From a virus (Duplodnaviria; Caudoviricetes), in the IMG/VR virus record IMGVR_UViG_3300027804_000038, positions 160,001 to 224,000 of that record: a DNA stretch of 64,000 bases; one strand, given 5' to 3'. How positions within the stretch are numbered: position 1 is the first letter of the stretch; the number at the start of each line of letters is the position of its first letter. Position numbers and translations under genes: made by a program. Positions 48,623-58,094 of this stretch are shown here, one piece after another. The notes under the pieces are model-generated. The model saw nothing but the letters and a program-made list of their open reading frames with translations, had not been told where the DNA came from and made no database searches.

Positions 48623-49462
48623 ATGCTCTCATATATAGGCGGTAAAAGTAAAATTGGTAAATGGATAGTACCGTATTACCCAAAAGACATGGAAACATAT
48701 GTAGAGACATTCGGAGGAATGTTTTGGTGTTTCTTTAATATGGATTTAAAACAATATCCAAATCTTAAAAGAGTTGTTTATAACGACTTTAATCCTTTAA
48801 ATTATAATTTATTTATGTGTCTTCAGAACCCTGGCGTTCTACTGTCTGCGGTTAATAGAATTCCTTGCCAACAACAAGGAGTTGAGGAGACACCTCCAAT
48901 CTACCGAGAACAGTTTAACACATTCCAAAAAGAAATATTTGGGGATGGGTTTACTATAAACTATCCTGATTATGATGTCGCCGCAAAATACGCATATGTC
49001 TTAACACAAGTATTCAGCGGGTCCAAACCTGAAACTAGTTCCTTTATTGATTTGAAGGGTAAGTATAAATCAAAATACCTTACATTTAGAGACAAATTAT
49101 CTAAACCTGAATGGGTAGAACATTTTAACAGAATATCTCATTTTAGAATTGGGGATTTTGAAGATGTGATTAAAGAATTTGATAGCCCAACAACTTATTT
49201 TTATCTTGACCCACCGTATTGGAAAACTGAAAATTATTATTCTAATCACGATTTTGACAGAGATGACCACGAAAGACTTGCAAATTGTTTAAAAAATATT
49301 GAAGGAAAGTTTTCGTTATCTTATTATGATTTTGTACTTTTACACGAGTGGTTTCCCGAAGATAAATATAGATGGGAGAAAAAAGAATTTGCTAAAGCCG
49401 CGGCAGCAAAAAAAGGTAAATCACAAAATATGGGAGAAGAACTATTAATAATGAATTATTGA
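48623..49462 (+). CDS. DNA adenine methyltransferase, D12/Dam-like family
   Basis: YIGGKSK, YVETFGGM, VYNDFN and catalytic FYLDPPY; TTGACA-N17-TATTTT upstream (48580-608). Confidence 0.85.
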   Translation: MLSYIGGKSKIGKWIVPYYPKDMETYVETFGGMFWCFFNMDLKQYPNLKRVVYNDFNPLNYNLFMCLQNPGVLLSAVNRIPCQQQGVEETPPIYREQFNTFQKEIFGDGFTINYPDYDVAAKYAYVLTQVFSGSKPETSSFIDLKGKYKSKYLTFRDKLSKPEWVEHFNRISHFRIGDFEDVIKEFDSPTTYFYLDPPYWKTENYYSNHDFDRDDHERLANCLKNIEGKFSLSYYDFVLLHEWFPEDKYRWEKKEFAKAAAAKKGKSQNMGEELLIMNY

Positions 49463-49490
49463 TATATTTATATAAAAAAATATTTTTAAA

Positions 49491-50843
49491 ATGAAATTTA
49501 CCACCTTATTAAAATCAGTAATTCTTGAGAATTCAAGATTTAAAATATTGTACGATAATTTAGTCCCTAAAAAAGAAGAAAAAGGTAAAAAATCTGACCC
49601 AAAGAAACTACCTTTTGATATTCTTAAAAAGATAATTGCTGCTGACCCAGATTCAAAATTTCCACAAGGATTTGATTTTGACACCGCAACTCCTGAAGAT
49701 ATGGAGAAAGGTAAAGTTGGTAAATATACTAATTGGTTAATTAAAAACTTTATGAAACCATCTGCAAGTTCTATAGATGCTGACCCTTCAGATGAGAGAG
49801 CTTATGGAATTGCGGTTAAAAACTATAAAGATTTATTTTTAGAAGACTTATATAAAACTACTAATGACCTTAAAAAGTTTGAGAGATTTAAAAACCAATT
49901 ATCTGCGGATAAAAGAGATATTATGAAGTTATCACCAAGTGAACTATTTGACTTGGTAAAAGACTTTTCATTGGAAAAAACTAAGGCTACAAAATCTGAA
50001 AAAGAGACTGCTAAAAAGACTTATGAACATCCAGGTGGTAAAGTTGCCTTTAGAGGCCCTAATTGGACTGTAATTAAAATTGAAGGTACTGGTGAACTAC
50101 AAAAAGATGCTGCTTGTTTTTATGGAGGTTCTCATGAATATGATAAAGGTGAATCTAGATGGTGTACATCTTCACCTGGTATGTCCTATTGGAAAAATTA
50201 TTTGAGTAGAGGCCCATTATATGTAATATTACCTAATGAATCTTCTGATGTGGGTAAAGTATCTGGATTACCAGTTGAAAGATACCAATTCCAATTCCCT
50301 GATGCTCAATTTATGGACAGACATGACCGACAAATTGATTTAGTTGGAATGTTAAATGGTAAACTATCTGAAGTTAAGGAGTATTTTAAACCTGAATTCG
50401 CAAAGGGACTTATGAAGTCTAATGAGAATAAGGCGGTAATCACCTATCCTGATAGTGCATCAGGTAAATTTGTTGCATTATACGGATTCGAGGAATTATT
50501 CAACTCATTCCCTGAAAGTTTAGAAAGTTTAGTAATTGAAAATAAATCCAGAGATAACGTTGCTTTAGATGTACCATCTAGTATTGGTAAATTTAAAAAT
50601 TTAACAACATTAATGTTACAAAATATTGTAAGAACATTACCTGAAGAAATTGGACAACTTACAAAATTAGACTTTTTATCACTACCTGATAATAAAGAAT
50701 TAAAAGAATTACCTAATAGTATCGTTAATTTAGATAATATGACTTTTATAAATCTTAGAGGTAGTAACCCTGATATCAAAATACCTGAAGGAATCACTGA
50801 AAAATATGAAGATTTAGGTGGCGGATTTTGGTATACTGCGTAA
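49491..50843 (+). CDS. Protein with C-terminal leucine-rich repeats
   Basis: SIGKFKNLTTLML...LPEEIGQLTKLDFLSLPDNKELKELPNSIVNLDNMTFINLRGSN; central WCTS motif; TATTTATA at 49465-72. Confidence 0.75.
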   Translation: MKFTTLLKSVILENSRFKILYDNLVPKKEEKGKKSDPKKLPFDILKKIIAADPDSKFPQGFDFDTATPEDMEKGKVGKYTNWLIKNFMKPSASSIDADPSDERAYGIAVKNYKDLFLEDLYKTTNDLKKFERFKNQLSADKRDIMKLSPSELFDLVKDFSLEKTKATKSEKETAKKTYEHPGGKVAFRGPNWTVIKIEGTGELQKDAACFYGGSHEYDKGESRWCTSSPGMSYWKNYLSRGPLYVILPNESSDVGKVSGLPVERYQFQFPDAQFMDRHDRQIDLVGMLNGKLSEVKEYFKPEFAKGLMKSNENKAVITYPDSASGKFVALYGFEELFNSFPESLESLVIENKSRDNVALDVPSSIGKFKNLTTLMLQNIVRTLPEEIGQLTKLDFLSLPDNKELKELPNSIVNLDNMTFINLRGSNPDIKIPEGITEKYEDLGGGFWYTA

Positions 50844-50877
50844 TTTTTCATAAATTAGCAACTTAAATTAAGGTGCT

Positions 50878-51177
50878 ATGAAAACAAATGTTGACTGTGA
50901 AATTTATCTATCAAACTTCATAGGATTCTTTGATAAGAATCCAAATGACTTGATTGCACTTATTGGGCAACATATGGACAAAAGTAAATTTTATGAGAAA
51001 GTTAGAACACAGGTATATTCAAATCATGAAAATGGTGATGAAATCACTTTAACACAAAAACAAATAATTGATATTTTGGTTAGTTTACATAATCAAAATA
51101 AAATTAAAAATTATGATTTGAATAAAGTCAAAATTCCTTTTCTTGAAACAAAGTACGGTAAGTTATTTTTAAATTAG
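50878..51177 (+). CDS. Hypothetical protein
   Basis: 99 aa ORF. Confidence 0.6.
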   Translation: MKTNVDCEIYLSNFIGFFDKNPNDLIALIGQHMDKSKFYEKVRTQVYSNHENGDEITLTQKQIIDILVSLHNQNKIKNYDLNKVKIPFLETKYGKLFLN

Positions 51178-51200
51178 TTTAATTTTATTATATTTTTTTT

Positions 51201-52817
51201 ATGATTAATTTGTTAAAAATTAAAAATGAAAGAGTATTCATTACTGAATATCATGATTATTGTGACGTAAAACCTGAGGATAATTCACTGTTTGGATACA
51301 ATATGGTAACTGGTGTAAAAAATGAATGGAAATTCAAAGGAAATTATACTTGTACCGAAGAAAAAATAAAAGACTATGGTAATTTATTATGTTCAGTGAA
51401 TATAATCAGACATACATTATGTTTAGATGAGAATGATGATATCGTCTCTATAAGAGCTTATTTTTTCACTAAAAATAGAAGGGTCGGAAGTAGGTTTTTT
51501 AAAACTAATACAAATATGAAGTTTTTAACCTACAATAAAAAAACAAAAAATTTTTATAATGGTAGTATGTTTAACTATCATTTAAAAAGAAAAAGGACAT
51601 CATCTATTAAATGTAATTTCTTTTTTGATAATTTTTTTAATCATGTCTACTATAGTTTTGCTAGAGTAAACCAAAATACGCCCCAACCAATATTAGAGTT
51701 TGATAAGTCCAAAGTTGATGAGATATTTCAAACTTTCCTGAGTAAAGTCGGTATTGAAAATGAGTTTAATAATAAAACATTTATTAATGATTTATTTGGT
51801 AAATTATTAGATGATAAAGGAATTAAAAAACCAAATAATTTCTATGCATTTAAATACTGTATACCTAGACCGACTAAAAAAATATATAAGAACAACAAAA
51901 ATAAAATGGTTGAATCTTATATGGATATGTACGGGATTCATGGGGATAAAATGAAAAAAATTCTACATAATCTAAAAGAAATTAATTTAAAATTAATTAA
52001 ACAAATAATTGATATTTTTGGGCATACTTATTTATCACAGAAATCAGAGATTGATTTAATTTTATTTTATGAAAATATTATTAAGAATAATATATTTTTA
52101 GATAAAAATTTTATAGACCTCCTTTCAAAGAAAGAAAAAGAAAACTTTTTTAAATGTGTTTTAATAATTGACAATAACGTAGGTATTAATCAATGGTCAT
52201 TTAATGACCACATGGTTTTTTATAAAAAAATACTAAAATACGAAAAAATAAAATGGAAATCTTTTGACCTAAATTCATTTAAGTCGGAACATATTGAGTA
52301 TAGCGAAAAGAGTGAGTTTTATTCTAAAGGATATTATGTGAGAAATTATGATAATAAATTCAAAGATTATATCCAAGAAGAAATTGTTATAAATAACCAA
52401 ACATATTGGCCAATTCTTCTTGAAGAGTATGAACAATATACAGAGGAAAGTTCACATCAATCAAACTGTGTTAAAACTTATAATTCAAGAGTTGATTCTG
52501 TAATAGTTTCTCTAAGAAACGAAAGTAATGATAGGTTAACAATACAAATGATACCTAAAAAAAATAATAACGGTAAAATTTTTTGGAAAAACGCTCAAAC
52601 TAGAGCAAAATTCAATGAAATGTATACGGAAGATTGGATATTACCAATCACAATATTAGAAGAAAGATTTTCGACATCAAAATTTGAATTACCTGAATTT
52701 TTTTATGTTAATTATTTAGGTAAAAATAAAGTAAATGTTACATTTAATGAAGTAATAGAAGAAACCTATGACAGTGGTCACATTAAACCAAATCAGTTTG
52801 ATTTATTAAATTTTTAA
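51201..52817 (+). CDS. PcfJ-like domain protein
   Basis: C-terminal EESSHQSNCVKTY...IVSLR...TIQM...QTRAKFN resembles the PcfJ E...(M/Q).(H/N)CV..Y...Q.RG..N pattern. Confidence 0.6.
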   Translation: MINLLKIKNERVFITEYHDYCDVKPEDNSLFGYNMVTGVKNEWKFKGNYTCTEEKIKDYGNLLCSVNIIRHTLCLDENDDIVSIRAYFFTKNRRVGSRFFKTNTNMKFLTYNKKTKNFYNGSMFNYHLKRKRTSSIKCNFFFDNFFNHVYYSFARVNQNTPQPILEFDKSKVDEIFQTFLSKVGIENEFNNKTFINDLFGKLLDDKGIKKPNNFYAFKYCIPRPTKKIYKNNKNKMVESYMDMYGIHGDKMKKILHNLKEINLKLIKQIIDIFGHTYLSQKSEIDLILFYENIIKNNIFLDKNFIDLLSKKEKENFFKCVLIIDNNVGINQWSFNDHMVFYKKILKYEKIKWKSFDLNSFKSEHIEYSEKSEFYSKGYYVRNYDNKFKDYIQEEIVINNQTYWPILLEEYEQYTEESSHQSNCVKTYNSRVDSVIVSLRNESNDRLTIQMIPKKNNNGKIFWKNAQTRAKFNEMYTEDWILPITILEERFSTSKFELPEFFYVNYLGKNKVNVTFNEVIEETYDSGHIKPNQFDLLNF

Positions 52818-52818
52818 A

Positions 52819-53142
52819 ATGGATATAAAAGAAAAATATTTTACTAAAGAAAAAGATTTTTTTGATAAATTTGGATTATTATCTGTAATCAATTACGAAG
52901 ACTCACATAAACTAACCCCAAAGGAACTATCAAGTAAAAAAAATACAGAATCTGTTTTAATAATATCTACGTATCAAAACGATAAAGAGTTTATTACTGA
53001 CTATATTTGTTCAGTACAAAAAAAATTTTATATTTATTTGTCATCTACTATTATGGAAAGTAGTTATAAATTAAGAATATATTATTCACCAAATGATATT
53101 GCTGAAATAAAAATGTTAATACAAAATTTAAAAAATGATTGA
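52819..53142 (+). CDS. Hypothetical protein
   Basis: 107 aa ORF in the operon. Confidence 0.55.
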   Translation: MDIKEKYFTKEKDFFDKFGLLSVINYEDSHKLTPKELSSKKNTESVLIISTYQNDKEFITDYICSVQKKFYIYLSSTIMESSYKLRIYYSPNDIAEIKMLIQNLKND

Positions 53143-53437
53143 AGTATCACCTGAAGAATTAAAAGAAAAAATTCAAAATAAAGAGACCATGATGGTTGAT
53201 TTTTACGCAACTTGGTGTATTCCATGTGGCAGACTTATTGAAGAACTTAATGACATTGACACAGAGGTTCCAGTATATAAGATAAACGTTGAGGATGACG
53301 TTGAGTTTTCAAAATCCTTAGGGATTAGGTCTGTACCCACCGTAAAAATATTCAAAGAGGGTCAACCAATATCAACAATGGTTGGATTTAAACCAAAAAG
53401 TGAGATAAAAAATATTTTATCTGAAAGTTTATCATGA
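53135..53437 (+). CDS. Thioredoxin
   Basis: VDFYATWCIPC, KINVED and GIRSVPT...FKEG. Confidence 0.85.
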   Translation: MIEVSPEELKEKIQNKETMMVDFYATWCIPCGRLIEELNDIDTEVPVYKINVEDDVEFSKSLGIRSVPTVKIFKEGQPISTMVGFKPKSEIKNILSESLS

Positions 53438-53703
53438 ATAAGTTAGTGGTATATACAATGAAAGGTTGTCCTCATTGTGATGACTTTAAAAAAATGTTAA
53501 AAAATGAAAAAATAAAATTTACGAATAGAGATGTTGAAAAACATTCTGATGAGTATGAGTTATTTGTTAGTGTAACTAATGATTTTGTTCCAGCATTTAT
53601 GATTATTAATATGGAGGAACCAAATAAATCTGAATTATTTGCACCTGATTTACATTTTAATGATTTAGAAGAAGGTTTGAAAATTATTAAAGAAAAATTA
53701 TAA
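53434..53703 (+). CDS. Glutaredoxin/thioredoxin-like protein
   Basis: VYTMKGCPHC and cis-Pro motif FVPAF. Confidence 0.8.
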   Translation: MNKLVVYTMKGCPHCDDFKKMLKNEKIKFTNRDVEKHSDEYELFVSVTNDFVPAFMIINMEEPNKSELFAPDLHFNDLEEGLKIIKEKL

Positions 53704-54231
53704 ATGAGAGAATTAACATTTAGAAAAAAAGGGGTGGTCCACACCCCTTTGGTTTATTGGGAAATTGATAAAAATAATAAAATAGCGATATATCAGGGAG
53801 GTAGAGGTGCTCGTCCTGATTTGGACTTCATTGTTAAACATAAACAAGAAGGTAAAAAATTAAGAACACCGTCACATACTCATTGGATTGTAGATTTAAT
53901 TGCTAAAGCTCAATACGATAAAGGTAGAGTTAAATCCTATGTTGAGGATATGATACAAATGTATGACGAGTGTGAACCATTTAAGGACGAAGAAGAGAGA
54001 AACAATTACAAGTTACAATGCCCTACCAAGTATTGGATGAAACACATTATGCTTGAAGATAAAGGATATTATCCGATACAAGTATTGACAGCCTTTATTG
54101 AATTATTTTCTAAATGTGAAAAACAAACACCTGGAGCATTTATGTTTAGAAACCTACTAACATTAGTTAAGGATTATTGTGAAGGTAAGAAAGATTTTTA
54201 TCAGGTCGTAGGGTACTCTAAAAGAGTTTAA
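53704..54231 (+). CDS. Hypothetical protein
   Basis: 175 aa ORF convergent with the next gene. Confidence 0.65.
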   Translation: MRELTFRKKGVVHTPLVYWEIDKNNKIAIYQGGRGARPDLDFIVKHKQEGKKLRTPSHTHWIVDLIAKAQYDKGRVKSYVEDMIQMYDECEPFKDEEERNNYKLQCPTKYWMKHIMLEDKGYYPIQVLTAFIELFSKCEKQTPGAFMFRNLLTLVKDYCEGKKDFYQVVGYSKRV

Positions 54232-54935
54232 ATTACCTGAAAAAAACTGTTTTCTTTAATTTTTAACCATGGTCTATAATTTTGGTCTATTAAATAATAT
54301 TTCATGAAATCATGAGATTTAATAATCTCGTTAATTTCTAATACATCCATTTCAAAATTATCCATAATGATTGATTTAAGTTTTGATGATGGATATATTG
54401 AATCGGAAATAATGTTAATAATATTAATCGTACCGTTATTGTGCTCCTCGATTTCGAATTCAATAAAATTATAATTAAAATGGTTTTGTATATTGTATGC
54501 AATCATTTCCAAGTATAGGTATAAATTTTTTAAATAATATTTTGAATACCCAAACGGAAATTTAGAATTGACGGATGATTCGTAAGATATATAATTAGAT
54601 TTATTTACATACTGAAAATCTTTATTAAATCTAATTTTAATTTTTTTTTCTTTAAGTTTACTTTTATCAAAATAAGAAATTAAGTCTAAAGTGTTAATAT
54701 TCTCAATATTCATAAAATTAAATTCAGACTTATACTTAGAAATAAACTGATTAACTAATTCTTGAGATGTTAATACGTTTGGAGATTCGGTAATACCCTT
54801 TAAAATAATTAAAGATTCAAAATCAGATACTCCTATAACTGTATTGAATTTCCCATTTTCACTTATTTTCTCACATAAAAATTCAGAAAAAAGATTACAA
54901 AATCCCTGTCTACTATCAATTAAAAAACTATTCAT
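54228..54935 (-). CDS. Hypothetical protein with weak MetK (SAM synthetase)-like features
   Basis: ATG at 54935 after a TATTTATA motif (plus-strand 54964-71); CNLFSEFL...IILKGIT...PFGYS loosely parallels MetK CDQISDAI...VAGEIT...MFGYA. Confidence 0.35.
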   Translation of the reverse strand: MNSFLIDSRQGFCNLFSEFLCEKISENGKFNTVIGVSDFESLIILKGITESPNVLTSQELVNQFISKYKSEFNFMNIENINTLDLISYFDKSKLKEKKIKIRFNKDFQYVNKSNYISYESSVNSKFPFGYSKYYLKNLYLYLEMIAYNIQNHFNYNFIEFEIEEHNNGTINIINIISDSIYPSSKLKSIIMDNFEMDVLEINEIIKSHDFMKYYLIDQNYRPWLKIKENSFFQVI

Positions 54936-54976
54936 ATACAAATTTAAAAACAAAAAAAAACAGTATAAATAGTAAT

Positions 54977-56380
54977 TTAAAAATAATCTCCTATTGAATA
55001 ATTAATACAATTATCGACCTGACTTGAGTTAGGGTAATCGTCTAATCTTGGTACTCTTAATGATTCACGAGCTCCATCATCTATTAAATCTTTTAGTAAT
55101 CTACCGTAACTACCAAAATACTCAATTGTATCACAATGAATTCCATCACAATCCTTGTTTTCAGTTAACCATTCCGAAACAACTTCATATACACATTTTG
55201 TGGCTTTGTATCTTGTTCCGTAAAATGTTTTAGATACTTGTTTACCTTCTTTATCCCAAACTTGTTTTTTGTATGAATACTCATCTCGTTTGTTGTCATC
55301 AATTACAAAACCAACTAGTTCAGACATTAAACTATCATACCATTCATCAGTTAATGTTCCTTCATAACAACCGTGATAGATATCATATAAATCACTTCGT
55401 ATATCATCTAATTCCTTATTAATTAGGTACTCAATAGTATCATCATCACCAAGTATACGAGAGATGACCTCATCAGTTAATTCAACATCATCACGACCTT
55501 GTTCCTGAGCAATTTCTTCAAGTAATTCAGTATCGGTACCGATTGTTTTCATATCTTTAAGTTCAGATGTAATTCTTTCATTAACCAATTTTTTATTTTC
55601 ATTAGTTAACTCATCATATACGTCTCTATAAACATCATCAGTCACATCCCAAAAACTCACATCATACTCACCATTTAAAATACTCTCAATTGAATCACTA
55701 CTAATTTCATTACGATATGACGTATTGAAAAACCCTGAAAGTTCACCTGAAGATGTGTCAAAATAATAATCACTTCCTATTTTTATAATATCTGAAAGAT
55801 ATTCATCAACTATTCTCCAAACAAAAGAACTATCATTTTCATAAAACGCATAAAATAATCGATTTTGGTAATCTTCATATATTGGATTAAATGGGTCTAT
55901 CCTATTTAATAAACCTTTTTTACTTAAAATTTCGAAATAATTTTCGATACCACCAAAAAACTTATCAAAAAATTCAATACCTTCATCATCCTCTAATTTC
56001 TTTATAATTTTTAAAAATTTTTCATCTTTTTCTGACAAGTTTTCTTCATTTTGTTCTTTTATATTTTTCTTTTTTAAAAATTTGAGTAATGGTTTTTCAT
56101 CTGTAACGTCTGCTCGACTAGATAATTTTGAAAATTCATCACTCTTTTTCTTATAGTCCCAGTGGTCAGGTAAATCTTCAGAATCAATGACTTTATCATA
56201 AACAACATCATCACTTAATGGAACCAAGTCCAATTCTGGATGAGCAATATATATACCTTTATTACCCCAATCCCAAACTCTTGTTGGTTTATTTAATAAC
56301 TTTCTAAAATGTTTATTAGAAAAAAAGTTATCTTGGTTATAACCTCTAATAATTATGTAATCACCTGTCTGTAAAGTCAT
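54977..56380 (-). CDS. Acidic hypothetical protein (467 aa)
   Basis: D/E-rich ORF; TATTTAT 4 nt upstream of the ATG. Confidence 0.65.
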   Translation of the reverse strand: MTLQTGDYIIIRGYNQDNFFSNKHFRKLLNKPTRVWDWGNKGIYIAHPELDLVPLSDDVVYDKVIDSEDLPDHWDYKKKSDEFSKLSSRADVTDEKPLLKFLKKKNIKEQNEENLSEKDEKFLKIIKKLEDDEGIEFFDKFFGGIENYFEILSKKGLLNRIDPFNPIYEDYQNRLFYAFYENDSSFVWRIVDEYLSDIIKIGSDYYFDTSSGELSGFFNTSYRNEISSDSIESILNGEYDVSFWDVTDDVYRDVYDELTNENKKLVNERITSELKDMKTIGTDTELLEEIAQEQGRDDVELTDEVISRILGDDDTIEYLINKELDDIRSDLYDIYHGCYEGTLTDEWYDSLMSELVGFVIDDNKRDEYSYKKQVWDKEGKQVSKTFYGTRYKATKCVYEVVSEWLTENKDCDGIHCDTIEYFGSYGRLLKDLIDDGARESLRVPRLDDYPNSSQVDNCINYSIGDYF

Positions 56381-56392
56381 ATTAATAAATAT

Positions 56393-56419
56393 AAAAAAAG
56401 GGGAAAATAACTTCCCCTT
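56393..56419 (-). terminator. Rho-independent terminator
   Basis: Perfect 8-bp stem AAGGGGAA/TTCCCCTT with a U tract on the minus strand. Confidence 0.8.
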
Positions 56420-56451
56420 GTAATCTAGATTAATTTTTTGGTTTTATTGGA

Positions 56452-56490
56452 TTATTTTCCACATCCGCAACCACCACCACCGTTTTTCAT
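56452..56490 (-). CDS. Candidate 12-aa micropeptide MKNGGGGCGCGK
   Basis: ATG to TAA, with its own TATTTATA motif (plus-strand 56520-27) upstream and a terminator downstream. Confidence 0.45.
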   Translation of the reverse strand: MKNGGGGCGCGK

Positions 56491-56530
56491 AGCGCTATTT
56501 TTTTTAATGGTTTATTACTTATAAATATTT

Positions 56531-56656
56531 TTATTTTTTGTTTTTGTTGTAGTATTTCTCAATAACCTTTTTAACAGAGTCTTGTGAAGATGTATTCTTT
56601 TGAGGTAAAGGTTGTTGATTTGACTGATTTTGCTTATTTTTACATGAACACCCCAT
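56531..56656 (-). CDS. 41-aa protein with an N-terminal CxC motif
   Basis: MGCSCKNKQNQSNQQPLPQKNTSSQDSVKKVIEKYYNKNKK-stop; TATTTATA (plus-strand 56684-91) upstream. Confidence 0.6.
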   Translation of the reverse strand: MGCSCKNKQNQSNQQPLPQKNTSSQDSVKKVIEKYYNKNKK

Positions 56657-56753
56657 AATATTAGAATATTAATTTTTATTATATATAAATATTTCACTAA
56701 GATATTAAAAGGAAATAGTAAGTGGATTTATATATTTATAAATAAAAACAATA

Positions 56754-58094
56754 ATGAATTATCATTTAAAGAAAATTTTAAAATCTATTATAAGTGAACA
56801 GGATGAAAATGAATACATTTTTATCCAACCACAAGAACTTATTGATATGTTAAAATTCGTATCCTATGACGTTAATGCTTTAAGTAAGTTAAAAAAATAC
56901 AGAAACAAAAATATAGTAGTTCAAGGAAACTTGAATCTAAGCGGATTACCAATTAAGTCATTGAGTCCAATTAAAAAAATAGAGGGAAGACTTGATATTT
57001 CAAATACAAAAGTATCTAGTATAGATGGTATTGAAGTTACAGGGTATGTGACAGATTATGGGACACCAATTGAGTCTAAACGAAAGGCTAAAATTAGAGC
57101 GGAGAAAATTTCAGGAGCTAACGCAAGAAGAGAAGACAATGAATGGGATTTAGAAGTTTACAATGACGAAGAAAGTTTATATGCAAATGTTTTGTTTGAT
57201 TATCTAGAATCGGATATTGATGAAATTGTTAGACCTAAAAATTATTCTGAATTATTGAGTAATTTACAGACTAAAAGAAGTAATTTAGAATATGACCAAG
57301 AACAATTAGAAGATGTTAATAGTAGTGAATACAACGAGATACAAGAAAAAATTGATGAAATAGACACTGAAATTGAAGAATTGGAAGATAGTGTAGATGT
57401 GTATTTTTTAATACCCAGTAAATACACGCATTACGGGTTAACAGTATTTGAAGTATTAATACCATCAAAAGAAGGAGAAGAATATACTGTTGGTACTGAA
57501 AGAGATATGGACAATGCTATTAGGGATTATCAAGAAGAATATTTTAATGAACATGGTGTTAATGGTTACCGAAGAGACTTTTGGTTAAATTATATCGATT
57601 TAGATAGGATTTATGATGATGCATTAGAAGTTTATGAGAGTGATGTTAGAGACAATCCTGATTCATATTTGAGTGATAGTGATAAAGAATTGAGTCAAGA
57701 ACAATTAGATGAGATTAAAAAATTGGAAGAGGAAAAAGATGAACTTGAATCACAACTTCATGACTTGGAACCTGGGGATGATGAGTATGATAATATTGGA
57801 GATAGAATTAATGAAATAGATATTGAAATAGGTGAAATTGAAGATTCTCCAGATGGCGAATATAATGATAGTGCGATAGAAGAGAAGGCCGAAGAACTTG
57901 CAAGTTATTACAGAGATAATCCCGAAGAATTTGCTGGAAACATGGGATATGATTTGTCAGAATACATTGACAAAGAAGAATTAATAGAGGCTTCAATTTC
58001 TGAGGATGGGTATGGTAACATGAATCATTATGATAATGATTATGATAGTTTTGAATTTAATGGTGAAACTTATTATATAATGAGAATAACATGA
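56754..58094 (+). CDS. Highly acidic protein with a short LRR-like N-terminal repeat and coiled coils
   Basis: VQGNLNLSGLPIKSL..IKKIEGRLDISNTKVSSI; D/E-rich helical hairpins; TATTTATAAATA at 56733-44; leader MNYHLKKILKSIISE. Confidence 0.6.
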   Translation: MNYHLKKILKSIISEQDENEYIFIQPQELIDMLKFVSYDVNALSKLKKYRNKNIVVQGNLNLSGLPIKSLSPIKKIEGRLDISNTKVSSIDGIEVTGYVTDYGTPIESKRKAKIRAEKISGANARREDNEWDLEVYNDEESLYANVLFDYLESDIDEIVRPKNYSELLSNLQTKRSNLEYDQEQLEDVNSSEYNEIQEKIDEIDTEIEELEDSVDVYFLIPSKYTHYGLTVFEVLIPSKEGEEYTVGTERDMDNAIRDYQEEYFNEHGVNGYRRDFWLNYIDLDRIYDDALEVYESDVRDNPDSYLSDSDKELSQEQLDEIKKLEEEKDELESQLHDLEPGDDEYDNIGDRINEIDIEIGEIEDSPDGEYNDSAIEEKAEELASYYRDNPEEFAGNMGYDLSEYIDKEELIEASISEDGYGNMNHYDNDYDSFEFNGETYYIMRIT

